NCBI GenBank assembly: GCA_030264375.1
Contig: JASCQW010000156.1
Span: 24,969,732 to 25,033,731 of the forward strand
Direction of reading: 5' to 3'
Length of the DNA stretch: 64,000 bases
From: Carcharhinus longimanus
Taxonomy: Eukaryota
Shown in pieces: positions 1 through 12,792 of the stretch (its first letter is position 1; every line of letters begins with the position of its first letter). The position numbers were made by a program, and so were the translations under genes. The notes under the pieces are model-generated. The model ran no database searches, was not told the origin of the DNA, and saw only the letters and a list, made by a program, of their open reading frames with translations.

Positions 1-78
1 GTGGCTTTTCATGTGGAGGATCGGGTAACATTTTGATAAACTAGGCTTAGATAATTGGGTATATTAAAATAAAGTTAG

Positions 79-340
79 AGGCAGCATGGTGCCAGGAACT
101 CGGGTTTGATTCCCAGCTTGGGTCACTGTCTGTGCGGAGTCTGCACGTTCTCCCCATGTCTGTGTAGGTTTCCTCCGGGTGCTCTGGTTTCCTCCCATGG
201 TCCGGAAGACTGGTTAGGTGCATTGGCTATGCTAAATTCTCCCTCGTACAGGCACCAGAGTGTAGTGACTTGGGGATTTTCACAGTAACTTCATTATAAT
301 GTTAATGTAAGCTTATTTGTGACACTAATAAATAGACTAA
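79..340 (+). mobile_element. tRNA-derived V-SINE (HE1-like), tail type A
   Basis: B-box-like GGGTTTGATTCC, V-domain core (GGAGTCTGCACGTTCTCCCC...GGTTTCCTCC) and tail GGGATTTTCACAGTAACTTCATT...CTAATAAA, shared with other copies in the window. Confidence 0.85.
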
Positions 341-1084
341 ACTAGTTCATCAAATTACTACCTGATTCTGCACATGAAAAGCCACAAGAGTTCACAACTG
401 TTCTTGCTTAAAATGGGACAGTGGCCTGGTGTGTTGAGAGAACAGCAACTTAATTGTGCATTAATTGTGTGACTGGAATCCTTCGTACCCACAATTTCCA
501 ATCTGAGTGCTTCTATAAAAGAGTAACAAGGGAGGATGTAATTTAGACTCCTCTGCAGCAACAATTGCCCCTTAATTGATCTACAGTTTGCCCATTTGCA
601 GCATTTAGCCTCTTCCTGACCACCTAATGATTCTAGTTACTGCACTTTTGTGACTTCAAAGTAAAAAAAAATGCACCTTATCTGACTAATAAATTGCCTT
701 AGAAAGCAGAACATTGTCTGATTTACTGGGTACATACTAATTTAGAATCAAAATCTTTATTGTCTTAGACTGAAGACTTCATATCTGCAGAAGAATTTAA
801 AAAGGTCTCTTTTGGTTTTATTTTATTGACCTTGGCAACTCAAAGGGATTTACCAGCAACTGCCAATCCAGGGCTAAACCTCCTTGAAATGACAGAAAGT
901 AGGCTTTAATTAGCCTTAGGATACGTCTGGCCACTATAATTATTGTGGCCTTAAAGCAGCTGGTCATGATAAACCTGTTCTTCTTGTCACTTATCAGGAA
1001 AGGGTTAACAATTCCCATTTTCAATTATGTAACCCATTCTGCATTACATAGTTTTAGAACTGTTATCTTCACACCACAACCCAT

Positions 1085-1403
1085 GGGCAACATGGTGGCA
1101 CAGAGGTTAGCATTACTGCCTCACAGTGCCAGGGATCCCAGTTCAATTTTAGCCTTGGGTAACTGTGTGGAGTTTACATATTCTCTCAGTGTCTGCGTGG
1201 GTTTCCTCTGGGTGCTCTGATTTCCTCCCATAGTCCAAAAATGTACAAGTTAGACTATGCTAAATTGACTCTTAGTGCCAGGGGATTGGCAGGACAAATA
1301 AGTGGAGTTATGAGGATAGTGTCTGGGTGGGATTGTTGTCGGTGCAGACTCAATGGACCAAATGGCCGCCTTCTACACCATAGGGATTCTCTTCTATGAT
1401 TCT
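1085..1403 (+). mobile_element. V-SINE, tail type B (CR1-like 3' end)
   Basis: Same head and core as 79-340, but the tail reads AAATGGCCGCCTTCTACACCATAGGGATTCT..CTATGATTCT. Confidence 0.8.
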
Positions 1404-1939
1404 AACCAATGCTATGAGAGGTATGTCAGCTTCGCATTAAAACAACAGTTTTTGTACTTGTCAAGGTGAAGTAACTTTTCCTTATTACCCTTGATTTAAT
1501 AAGTGGATCAGGGATTATGGGGAAAAGACAAGAGAATGGGGATGAGAAAAATATCAGCTGTGATTGAATGGTGGAGCAGACTCGAAAGGCCAAGTGGCCT
1601 AATTCTGATCCTACCTCTTATATGATTTGCCTGGTACACTATTTCAGACTATGGTAGAACATTTACATCTGATGGGAGAGCCAGGGTTAATTATCTTTGA
1701 AACTGTGCTGGGAGAGTCAGGTAGCCACTTCTCATTTCCTTTCAGCATCACTGCTGTTTTTTTGGAAGGCTGCAAAGTTGACCAGGTAGAGTCACAGAAC
1801 AGCAGGTACAAAATAGGATTCCAGAAAGGTAACTGATTTAAAGGCAGGCAAGAGAGGAAAGACAAGTGGGAAGGCCAGGGAATCTACTAAATTTTAATTG
1901 TTAATAACTTTGAGGTTTCATCTCTTCTGAAAAAATGTT

Positions 1940-2240
1940 TCCATTAGGAGAGACTAGGATCTGAGGACACAGCCTCAGAGTAAAGGGACGACCCTTTAGA
2001 ACCGAATGAGGAGGAATTTCTTCAACCAGAAGGTGATGAATCTGTGGAATTCATTGCCACAGAAAGCTGTGGAGGCCAGGTCATTGGGTATATTTAAGAT
2101 AGAGATGGATAGGTTCTTGATTGGTAAGGGGGTCAAAGGTTACAGGGAAAAGACAGGAGAATGTGGTTCAGAAAATAATCAAAAGTGGAGAGGACTCTGG
2201 GCCGAATGGCCTAATTCTGCTCTTTTATTTTGTGGTCTAA
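1940..2240 (+). mobile_element. CR1 LINE 3' fragment
   Basis: ORF 2006..2263 (MRRNFFNQKVMNLWNSLPQKAVEA...FKIEMDRFL) is a typical CR1 ORF2 C-terminus. Confidence 0.85.
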
Positions 2241-2482
2241 AACATAAAGATTGTGCCCTTTAAAGACCTCTAACCTCAAAGTCCAGTCAGGAAAATATTT
2301 TTATATCAAGTGCTAGGAGGCTAGATATAGGTAAATGAGAAGCTGGACATTATTCAGCATCATATTTCTTAGCTTAGACTCAGTATTTTCACATTGACAG
2401 CAGCTAAATAGAAGACATACTTACTCATCATGCTGCTCCAGATGCACACTTTCTTTGGACCTTCTGACATCTGGCCACCAGG

Positions 2483-2810
2483 GCCCTGGGGAGTGTTGTC
2501 AAACGGAGAGACACAGGGGTACATGGTTCCTTGAAAGTAATGTCACAGGTAGGGTGGTGAAGGCAGCATCTGGCATGCTTGCCGTCCTCAGTCAGAGCAC
2601 TGAGTACAGGAATTGGGATGTTGTGTTACAACTGTACAAGACATTGGTATACAACATTTAAAAGACATTTGGACAGATGCATGGGGATAGGAATGGTTTA
2701 GAGGGATTTGGGACAAATGCAGGCAAATGCGACTAGTTCAGTTGAGGAAACATGATTGGTATGGACAAGTTGAGCCATAAGGCCTGTTCCCTTGCTGTGT
2801 ATCTCAATGA
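2483..2810 (+). mobile_element. CR1 LINE fragment (internally deleted)
   Basis: RVVKAASGMLA...EYRNWDVVLQLYKTLV followed by a CR1-like 3'UTR. Confidence 0.75.
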
Positions 2811-3825
2811 CCTTCCTTCCCTTCATTGCATAATTGTGGTATCTTTCATCCAATATACCTCTAGCCTTTGGAATAAGCTCTCCTCTTACCAGCACATTCC
2901 CTGGCAGTGAACTGGAAGCATGTTTTTGTTAAGAGTGTTGCGAGATGGTGGGAGGAAGGAAAGTAGCGGGAGTATTTTTCTATGCCTGTCGGGATGCTCA
3001 ACCTCCAGATTTCCCCCCCCTGTAGCGAGGGGAACTGAAGCAATTGTAGTGCACCAGCCTTTTCCCTGGCTGAAAGCAGAATCCATCTTGGGCCTGAAGG
3101 GCTCAGCTGTACGCTGAAGTATCTTTATACACTGATTCACCAGATATGGGACAAGATTAATATAATTTTTTCCTTTCCCACGCAGAGTTCAACTGTGGCT
3201 CAAAAAACACACATAGCTCTTAAAGCTACATGGAAATACAAATGCTTGAACAGTCGGTACGAGTACTTTCCAGATACTCAAAATAAAACAAAAATTATTA
3301 TGCATAATAATAAAGTCAAAACAGATTAAGAGTATTATTAGACATATCTGCTGAAAAACATTCCCCAAAGTATTTTTAAACATGCAGCCAACATCCTGCC
3401 ATTGATGCATTATGTTCCTGCAGAATTAGTAAATAGAACATATTTGTTGTAGATTAAAGGGTCATCAGCAGTTACACCACAAAGGGGAACTCTACAAAGT
3501 ACAAACTTGCATTTAAAAGCAGTTTTTACATCTTGTGCCAAGATTTACAATCAATGGATTGTGGTTAGACTAGTGTGGCAGCTAAGAAAGAACTCACACA
3601 AAACACATGACCAAACAATCCAACTGCTTTCTTTGGACAGAAATGTCTTAGGGAATAGTATCAGCCTGATACTGAAAGAATACACTGCTCAGCTTCTCAA
3701 AGTGCTCCTGGATTATTCCAAGCTCACCAGAGCTGGAAGACGTGGCCTTAATGAATCATCCAAAAGTGTGAGAAATGAAACCATCACAGTGGAATTTATA
3801 AGAAAGATTAGAATCTGGGACAGGC

Positions 3826-3912
3826 ACAGTAAGAAGTCTTGACACCAGGTTCAAGTCCAACAGTTTTATTTGGCATCATAAGCTTATGGAGCGTTGCTCC
3901 TTCAGGCGAGTG
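3826..3912 (-). mobile_element. Penelope-like element terminal repeat fragment
   Basis: ACACCAGGTTCAAGTCCAACAG..TTTATTTGG..AAGCTT..GGAGCGTTGCTCCTTCAGG, homologous to 42207-42295 and 43360-43455; the hammerhead core is decayed. Confidence 0.65.
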
Positions 3913-4288
3913 GTCTGGGACAGAGGAAAGGGAGCAGTGGGTTCTTTCCAGATAGAATAGCGAGATGAAATCCAGCATCCATACTTATATAGTGATCATC
4001 TGAGAAACAGTAATGACAGTTTACATTTTGTCTGCTCTGATGAATTTATACTCAAACCTCTCAGTAGCACCTACATTTAATGCAGTTGCAAAAATCATAC
4101 AAAGTGTGTTGACATCAGGAGTAGAATGTCAAAAATAAAATGTAATTCAATATAGTTTTTATAAATCTCTCCAAATGCAATTTATTTTTTTACTTATTTC
4201 CCCATTCTATTTCCAAATCGAATGTACAAGCAAAGGTGTCTCCTCAGAGCTCCTTGGCAATACTGTTAAATCATCAATGGGATGATTT

Positions 4289-4458
4289 GGGACTAGGCAG
4301 AAAAATGGTTCAGCACAGTCAAGAAGGGCCAAAAGGCCTGTTTCTGTGCTGTAATGTTCTATGGTTTTATAGGTGCAGGTCAGTGGGACTAGGCAGAAAA
4401 ATTATTCGGCACAGCCAAGAAGGGCCAAAAGGCCTGTTTCTGTGCTGTAATGCTTCTA
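4289..4458 (+). repeat. Tandem duplicate of a CR1 3' tail
   Basis: TGGGACTAGGCAGAAAAAT...AAGAAGGGCCAAAAGGCCTGTTTCTGTGCTGTAATG occurs twice, about 95 bp apart. Confidence 0.85.
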
Positions 4459-5014
4459 ATGCTGGAATTGGGTGTTGTATAGCGTCTATGGACCATTCAC
4501 ATCATTTGAGTGGTGTGGCCGGAAGAGTTATTCAATGGTTTCAGGCTACCTCTAACCGATGTTTAAAAAAATCTATTGTTTCTTTGTTCAAAATCACACC
4601 ATTATATGGTTTTTCACAATCCTGTCCCATTTGAGGAGTGTACCACTATTCAGTCTTATGGCCCATGCATGCCCTTCACAATTGTCTAGCCATAACACAC
4701 ATGCACACCCTCCACCCCACCCCCCACTACAGCACCAGGCTTCTCTAACCAATAGCAAAATCCTTGCACAGCCCATTTTAAGAGTTATTTAGTGTTTTGT
4801 TACATCACAAAAGTATATTTCCATATTTAAGACAGAGCAAATGAAGCCAGTTTCAGTTCTCAGTGGGTCAGAAAGAATGAAAACTCCTGATAACTTCTGC
4901 AGGCAGCTTCAGAAAGCAACTGACAATAGGCTTCTGGCTGGAAACACTGTACGCAGCAATACATTGGTGAAGACAACCACCATCAGACTGGATTTTGCAG
5001 TGAACTATGGCTAT

Positions 5015-5480
5015 TATTGGCTCAATTAGTATCTGTCTTAGAGTTAGCAACTTGTGGGCTTGAGCCCTGTGACTATGAAGTATCTGCCACTACCAACCTA
5101 TAGGCAGTGATAATTCCATAGAATTTGCCACAAACTCCACCTGAAGTGATCCCATAATCTGAATTCATTGTGCTTTCCAGCCCGAGTGCTGCATTGTCAG
5201 ATGTGACAAGCACCAGAACGAGACACTAAGCTTTGTTCTGCCAATGCCTGTGGTTCAGAGGTGCATGTAACAATTCCCTTGTTTGGAGAGGAATAGGGAG
5301 TTTCCTGATCAAAATCTTCCCTTAACCAACACCACAAAATCAGATCAGTAATACATCTCTGCTGTTAGTGGAACTTTACTGGATGCAAAATTGCTGCTGG
5401 ATTTGCCTAAAAGGTGCAACACATCAAATTAATTCACTGTACCTGGAGCATTTCCAAGCTATAACAGAAAAGAAATCTAT
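5015..5480 (+). mobile_element. Degenerate DeuSINE (SacSINE1-like)
   Basis: Motifs GAGTGCTGCATTGTCAGATG, GGGAGTTTCCT and TTGCTGCTGGATTTGCCTA resemble the Deu-domain SINE consensus as I recall it; homologous to 51590-51930 and 52160-52480. Confidence 0.5.
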
Positions 5481-5552
5481 GAGCATGATTCTCTCAAAAG
5501 ACTGAGAATCCTCCATTAATTTCAAACTGATGGAAGTTATGAATTTTTTTTA

Positions 5553-5812
5553 AATTAGTGCCACAAGTAGGCTTACATTAACACTGCAATGAAGTTACTG
5601 TGCAAATCTAGTTGTTACACTCTGGTGTCTGGGTACACTGAGGAGAATTTAGCATGGCCAATGCACCTAACCAACACGTCTTTCGGACTGTGGGAGGAAA
5701 CCAGACCACCCAGAGGAAACCCACACAGATGGGGGCGAACGTACAGACTCCATACAGTGACTCAAGCCGGGAATCGAATCCGGGTCCCTGATGCTGTGAG
5801 GCAGCCAAACCC
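5553..5812 (-). mobile_element. V-SINE, tail type A
   Basis: Reverse complement of the 79-340 family. Confidence 0.85.
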
Positions 5813-6025
5813 ACTGCAACCTTCTGCTGCCAAGAATACTTTGTGGCACTATTCATCAACAGTTGATTCATAAATAGCTTCTACTGAAATTCCTGCCAAC
5901 TCACTGCTTTGATTGTATTGATTTGTATCTTTTTTAAGATTGCGTGCTGACTTGAGGAATTTAATGCGCAGTGTTCAATTATTGAACATTGCTCTTCTTG
6001 GTCTTCCTCCAATTTATTTTTCATT

Positions 6026-7215
6026 TAGAACATAAGTGGAAGCAAGACTAGGCCGTTAGGCTGTCCGAGACTGCTCTGCCATTCAAAAGGATCATAGCTG
6101 ATTTACTACCTCAACTACCTTTGTCACTACAATCCCTTGATCCCCTTAGTATCCAATAATCTGTCAATTTCTGACCTGAATATATTTCAAGAACCACAGC
6201 TCTCTAGTGTAGAAAATTCCAACGATCCACAATTTTTTAGTGAAGAGATTTCTCATCTCAATTCAAAAAAGGCTGACCCTTTAAGGCAACGATCAAGCCT
6301 CCACAGAGGGAACAGCCTCCTAGCATCTGTGAGGCCACCTAAGAATTTGTAGGTAACATCTCATTTTTCCAAATTCTTGGACATATTAACCTAATCTACT
6401 CAATCCCTCCTCATGGGGACAATCCTCTCACCCCAGAATCAGTATCGTGAAACAAAAACAGAAAAATGCTGGAAAATCTCAGTAGATTTGACATCTGTGG
6501 AGAGATGACAAACGGTCATCTAGACTTGACACACTGGCTCTATTCTATCTCCACAGATGTTGTCAGATCTGCTGAGATTATCCAGCATTTTTGTTTTTCT
6601 TTCAGCTTCCGGCATTGCAATATTTTGCATTTATATCACTCTAATGAACCCTTGTGCCATTGCCGCCAAAACAAGTTTTATCCTTCCTTGGGTAAAGAAA
6701 CTAAAATTGTACACAGTACTCCAGCTGTGGTCTTACCAATTTATTTTACAATAGTGATAAGATTTTTTTTATTCCAATGCATTTTTAATGAGTTTGCTTT
6801 CCTAACTGCTTGCTGTATCTGCTAACTTTGATTCATGTACAAAATCCTTCTGAATATCAACATCTCCCAATCATTCACCATTTAAAAAAGAATTCGCTTT
6901 TCTATTTTCCCTTCCAATGTGGGTAACTTGACATTTCCCCATATTATTCCATTTGTCATGATCCTGCACACTCTCATAACCTGCTGATATTCAACTTCAG
7001 CCTCTTTGTACTCGTGACATCGCTTACTTTTCCTCCCAATTTTGTGTCTTCAGTAAACTTGGATACATTACACTCCACTCATCTAAGTCATTGATTTAGA
7101 TTGTAAATAGCTGAGGCCCAAATCTCAGATCCTTGCAATACTCCACTGGTTAGAGCCTCCCAACCTGAAAAATAACCCACAAAGTCCAACTTTTCTGTCT
7201 TTTAAGCAATCCTCA
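6026..7215 (-). mobile_element. Old CR1 LINE, interrupted by a Penelope-derived palindrome
   Basis: Reverse CR1 tail at 6026 (TAGAACATAAG..AGGCC), with degraded reverse ORF2 motifs further in (CAGTAAACTTGGA, TTGTAAATAGCTGAGGCCCA). Confidence 0.65.
6452..6625. mobile_element. Penelope-derived inverted-repeat (palindromic) element
   Basis: Arms AATGCTGGAAAATCTCAGTAGA..CATCTGTGGAGA and TCTCCACAGATG..TCTGCTGAGATTATCCAGCATT are reverse complements. The same sequence ends the Penelope copy at 56660-56755. Confidence 0.75.
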
Positions 7216-7984
7216 ATTTGTGAGCACGGGGCAGGGCCAGGTCAAGGTCAAGGTGGGGAAAGCAGGTGAGGAATCCTGCGTGGGTGGTGAGCTCCCCTGG
7301 GGGTTGTCTCATGCGGGGCTCAGTCTGGGTCTTTTAAATTGTCACGCTTATGTTAGAAATGCTATAGTTGTTCTAACTCTTTCAGAATAACTGACAAGTT
7401 AACTATTTAAATCGTTTTGCCTAATGATTCCCAACTCAGCTCAATTGTCCAAGGAAAGTTAACCCTTCTGGACAATTGCTGAGTAAATCTTTACGTGAGA
7501 AACTTGAGAGAGGGATTCCACGGCACATCTTTGGGATATTCCACTCCATATCCAACACTTGGGAGTCAGGAAGTTACATACAGATCAACTTTCACACTTC
7601 ACTAAGGCTACGGGAGGAAATACCAGCGTGCAACTTTCTAGATGTTTTTGATGTGTTTATAAAGTCTCATAATATTACAATGGGCTGCACCATTATAAAA
7701 CAATCTTCAAACGTTCTGTAAACACTGCGATGTGCGCCATTCACAATGCTTTCCAGCTCATTTCCCACAGGGATTGAAACTATGACAGTGCAATTTCATT
7801 ACCATTCCATGAGCAATGCAATCCTTCCCAGGCATTCCACTTTTTCCGTTTGCTGGCTTTAGACTGTTCATTAATCTGCCCTTTTCAATAAAAAAAATCC
7901 AAAAGCTCAGCATTGGATTGGTGGGATGAACCCAAGGAACGATTGCAATGAGGAAAGCAGTTGGGAATCTCACTGCTTTTTAAA

Positions 7985-8335
7985 ATTATTATTCATTTGT
8001 GGGACATGGGTGTCATTGGCTGTAATTGCCTAGTTGCCCTTGTTCAGAGGGCAGTTGAGAGTCAACTATATTGCTGTGGCTCTGGAGGCACACGCAAGCC
8101 AGACCAGGTAAGGGCAGAAGATTCCCTTCCTTAAAGGACATTAGTGAATCAGTTTGGTTTTTCCAACAATTGGCAATAGTTTCATGGTCATCAGTAAATT
8201 TTTTTTTTAAATTCCAGATTTTTTAATTGAATTCAAATTCCACCATTTGCCATGGTGGGATTCAAACCCAGCTCCCCAGAACATTAGCTGAGTTTCTGGA
8301 TTAATAGTCTAGTGATAAAACGATTAGGCCATCAA
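7985..8335 (-). mobile_element. tRNA-derived SINE with LINE-type tail
   Basis: Reverse B-box GGGATTCAAACCC, and a reverse tail (TTATTCATTTGTGGGACATGGGTGTC) shared with LINE ends at ~45790-45845 and ~58130. Homologous to 32620-32820. Confidence 0.7.
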
Positions 8336-10411
8336 CCCCCCTCCCCCCACCACAGGTACCAAAGATTTCCACAAAAATAAATAAATGTTCCTTAATGTTT
8401 GCACCACCCCAATTCAGAAATTTTAGACCTTTTTTTGAAAAAAGCAACAGGATTAAAATATTGAAGACTAGTTTTGAGCTGTTGTTGCCAGCCAGTCTAA
8501 AGCCAGCAAACAGAATAAGTGGAATACCTTGGAAGGATAATATTGCTCATGGATTGGAAATGAGAGTACCATGAGGCAATAATGGGTGACCAGACATTGG
8601 CAAGTGACTTGGGAGAATGCAACATGAGTATAATATTTTTCTAAGCCAAACATTAATGTAAGGGACATTTATTTCCTTCTGCTGAAATCTTGGAATCATT
8701 TTATCTTTTGACTAATTAAATATTTACAGAAAACTGCATTGATTTTGTGGACTAAGTCCATATCTTCTTGGAAAAGAAAAAAATAGATGGGAAAATCCCA
8801 AATTAAATACTTAGTAAACAAGTGGTCCCTTGACATGGCTAAGAAGGGATAGGTTACATATTGAGCAGAATTAGGTTCCAGTGATGCAGATTCACCCCCC
8901 CCCCAACCCCCCAATCAGTTGGGGGAACCAGTGGGAGCACCCAGGGGAAGGCCTAATGCAATTTATAGTGCATTCAGGTACTTAACTAGGCAGCACTGGA
9001 TCTCCTAGGCAGTCAAAAATGTCAGAGGGCTGAAATCTCAACCCCACAAGGTGCTGGCCAGGGCCCAGCAGGCCCACTGGGAGCAGTGTTGGTCCTGGAA
9101 ATGCTCTGAGGCTTCCCTGCAGGATTAAAGCTGGATCCCTGGAAACAGGTGAATGGGGTTCATTGGAGAGGATGGGGGAAAATGATGTGGAGGGTAGATC
9201 AGAGCCAAGGGCAGGGGGATGACTTTTAATGGCTACTCCCCTTCCCAATTTCAGATCAGGTACTGAATGCCCATCAATGAGTGGACACCTAGGAGGCTAC
9301 AAGCAAACTGGGCAGCTTTCAGGAGCCAGAGGACACTCACTTGAATCCTTGTGCGACCACTAACTTCCAGTGAGCTTAGAGATAATTGGCTGTAAGTGCT
9401 CACTTATGAACTTAATTCCACATCCAGCCCTTGCCACCCTGACTTAATTGAGAATGGTTTTCAAATTACGTGCAAGTTTGTACATAATATAAACTTATTT
9501 ACGAATGGCAGGAGGAATGACAGGGAAGAATTCAAAGTAATTTGAGGCCAAGTTTCCTTTAGTTATGTCAGCACATTCAAGATGAATTGGCTGAACCAGT
9601 ACATGGAATTGGGGATCAAACACAAGTTATGCCCAAAAATGCTTAAATTTGCATTTTCCTCAGTCTTTTACACTGAGTGGGGTTCAAGATCCAATTCACA
9701 ATTAGGTGTCAACTGCAAAACTGGCCACTCCTCTAGCCAAAATGACGAGATTCCACTGAATATACTCTTAGGTGCACGAGCACCAGTCATCTTTTGAAGT
9801 TTTTTTAAAAAACCTGACTACTGTACACCAATGAAATTATTTAATAATTCAGGCAACTCATAGGCAGAGAAGTGAACGCCTTTACTAAAAAAGGTTTTAA
9901 ACCCATTTTCAGTATTGGGAAAAATTCCACCAGGTTACTATACAGTACATTTTAATGGAAAAAACTATTTTGTTCCATTACACTGTCCAATTGTGCCAGA
10001 TGAGATTTTATGTTATTATGCAAATCAATTTAGTGGAAATTTGCACAAAAGTAACTGAATCAAGAGCACTTGGGATGAAATTTCCCTATTGTGTCCAAAC
10101 CAGAAACTCTACCCTCTACTTTTACTGTGACTTTTGTCACTCAATATATTGTTTTCTGATACTGGGGTAGCCCACTGCCACTGACAGAGCTCCAATTGTG
10201 TTCCCCATCTTCACTGCGTACTAATGTTCTCCTGATGGGAAAATGAATAGAATCAAAGCATAGTCAACTCAGGAAAGGGCACCATTCATTCCCCCACTCC
10301 CATCATATATCTCTGCCTATTTCAGAGATGCACTGGGGAAGAACTGGTGCAGATAGTGAATGAAGGCCAAAGAGAATATATATGTTCAATATAGTGTGCT
10401 CTTTAAGAAAA

Positions 10412-11135
10412 CACAGGAATAGGAGTGGCACACAAGCTTCTTAGAACTATCCCATCTTTTCGCTGAATCTGTGCCTCCACTGCATTTTCCTGCCTCAAGT
10501 CCTAACCACTTACTGATCTCAACTTGAAAATTTTAAGTCTCTAAGAACTGCAACTTTTTGGAGCAGCAGGTTCCAGATTTCCATTTGGATGTGTGAAGAA
10601 AGTGCTTTCCTGATTTAACTTCTAAATGGCCACATTGAAATTTTAAGATTCCAAGGCCGTATAAAACTGAATGGAGAACTGTTGATGGGGCATGATGCTT
10701 TGTACAACTGAAGCATCACATCCTCACTTTCAAAATTTAATCCTCTCAAGATAAAGACCAACATTCAGATAGCCATTTGATGACTCTTTGTAGTTGTGCA
10801 CCAGTGTGTGTCCAATCATTGTTCTTCCACAGCTCCCGGTCTGTCACCATTGAGAAAGGATTCAGGTTTTTCTTTTCTACGATCTCAGACTTTCCCAAAT
10901 TGATCTTCATCTGCCATTACTTTGCCAATTCACTTGATCTCGTCTCACTTGCAATTCCTGTTTCCATCCGCACTTACTATACCTAGCAGTGGCGTCTGCA
11001 ATCTTAAACAGACACCTCTACTCCCTTAGGTGAATCATTAATATAGTTATGGTGAAAAACTTCAGGTCCCAGTACAGACCCCTGGGGAAAACCATGTGTC
11101 ATACCCCACGAATCAGAATAAGCCTTTTATTCCTA
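10412..11135 (-). mobile_element. Old CR1 LINE fragment
   Basis: Reverse tail CACAGGAATAGGAGTGGC and reverse RT motifs (GGCGTCTGCAATCTT, GGTCCCAGTACAGACCCCTGGGG = PQGSVLGP). Confidence 0.65.
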
Positions 11136-11444
11136 GCTCAAAATAAATATTAATCTTAGGCTTGAACATGTCAATTAACCCAACATCTCAGGAAGATTTT
11201 CCACATCGTCCATGGCATTTTGTGGCAGTGGATGCCATTTTCCAGCAGGATCCTCCGTTTCCACCTCTGAAGACAGGGTTTCCTGTTTGCATCCTCTGCC
11301 ACTGGCAGGAATGGAAGATCTCTGCGGTGGGATAAACTAGAAAATATCCCATCCCTAGTCATTTGGGGAGGCTTCTAGATTTGCACTACCCTTGTGCAAA
11401 GAGGAAGCACTCAAGAAATATGAAGACAATAGAGCAACAACAAT

Positions 11445-12765
11445 CTGGTTACAGAAACATTCTACACATTTATTCTCACAGCCCAAATTAAAATAAACCA
11501 AAACAAAAGAAAATTAACAATGCAATGAAGGAATCACATACATCAGACAGTGTCGCCTGAAAACACAATTTAAATAATTTTAAATATATCCTATGTTATT
11601 TAATTACTACAAACACATCATACAATTTTTATTTCAACAAAGTCCCCACAAAAAGAAACATAAAACAGGAATGGTTTTGAGAGTGGGAGAGCTAAAGTGG
11701 CGTGGACTTCGCAAAAGAAGTTGATTACAAATTTATTTTTTTTAAAGAGGTAGATCACTTTTAAGTTAAGAACAGAAATGGGTTGTGTGAAAAATAGCAT
11801 CTCCCCACCCCCACCCGCCCTCCCCCACTTCAAGTCTAAAATTCATCCAAAAAATTACAGTAGAAAGTGAAAAAGGGTGATGGGAGGAAGAGATGACTTC
11901 CTCAGAGATAAAGAGGAAAATAAAGATTTTCTGGGTGGGGGGGGGAGGGCTGGGGAGGTGATTAAAGCAAAAGAAATTCTCTATTTAAAGTCCATGGGGG
12001 ATAAAAAGAACTGCAGCAGTCTTTCTGGGCACAGGACCTGGTGAAGACCAGTTTGGTAGCAGTCCTGTGCAGTGCGTTCAGTCTGTTATTTGAGGTGCAC
12101 CTGCTTTATACAAAAAGGGTATTGGAAAAATATGGTGGGAACAAGGACAAGGGAGGATTAGGTGCAGATTGCCTTGCACTAACATTCTCCCTTTAGATCT
12201 GCAACAGCAAAAATAATCAATCGTTATCAAACTGGATTTCCTTCCATCCCCTCCCCCTACTGCCCCCACCCCACCCTCCCTCCCTTCCCAAACACAAAAA
12301 CATTAGAAACAACAAATGGGACTGAATTTCAGGTCTGTTCTGTCCCTGCTATTTCAAAGGATACTTCTTAATGAAGACCCATACTTCCAATTGTTGCTTA
12401 GGTGACCATGCACAGCCTATGGCCTGATACTGTTTGTTTTAAACTTCCAAATTCACAAAGTGCATGCCAGATACTCTCAATTTTTGCCCCCCCCCCTCCA
12501 AGTCTCGCCATTTCCCATAATCCCAGACAGGCCGCACATTCACGAAGGACCCGGCGCTTAGACACACACTGTAGAAACACTTAAGCTTTCTGCTTGCAGA
12601 TGTTTGCATCAGCTCACTGGAAGATCTCTATGAAGCAAATGACAGATCATCAGGTTTCTCAGGTGTCTTTCAATCCAGTCCGGCCAATTTCTTAGACCCA
12701 TCCGAATGGCAGTCCAGACTCAATGTTTTACTGTCAGCTCAGTCCTGAAGAGAGAAACAAGGGCG
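11445..12765 (-). other. PRDM2: Probable PRDM2 3'UTR
   Basis: About 1.3 kb with no recognisable transposon, in a repeat-dense region. It has G-runs and AU-rich tracts and ends in AATAAA plus a downstream GT-rich element. Confidence 0.65.
11469..11474 (-). terminator. Polyadenylation signal AATAAA (distal)
   Basis: Minus strand reads AATAAATGTGTAGAATGTTTCTGTAACCAGA followed by TTGTTGTTGCTCTATTGTC (GU-rich downstream element). Further AATAAA hexamers at 11628-11633 and 11732-11737. Confidence 0.65.
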
Positions 12766-12792
12766 TTACCTCACCATCTTCACTGCAGAAAC
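12766..12792 (-). CDS. PRDM2: Probable PRDM2 terminal exon, coding part (VSAVKMVR*)
   Basis: Strong acceptor tttttgctcttaattttcag. The phase-0 join from 16204 gives GTT TCT GCA GTG AAG ATG GTG AGG TAA, followed by repeat-free UTR-like sequence. Confidence 0.65.
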   Translation of the reverse strand, partial: VSAVKMVR

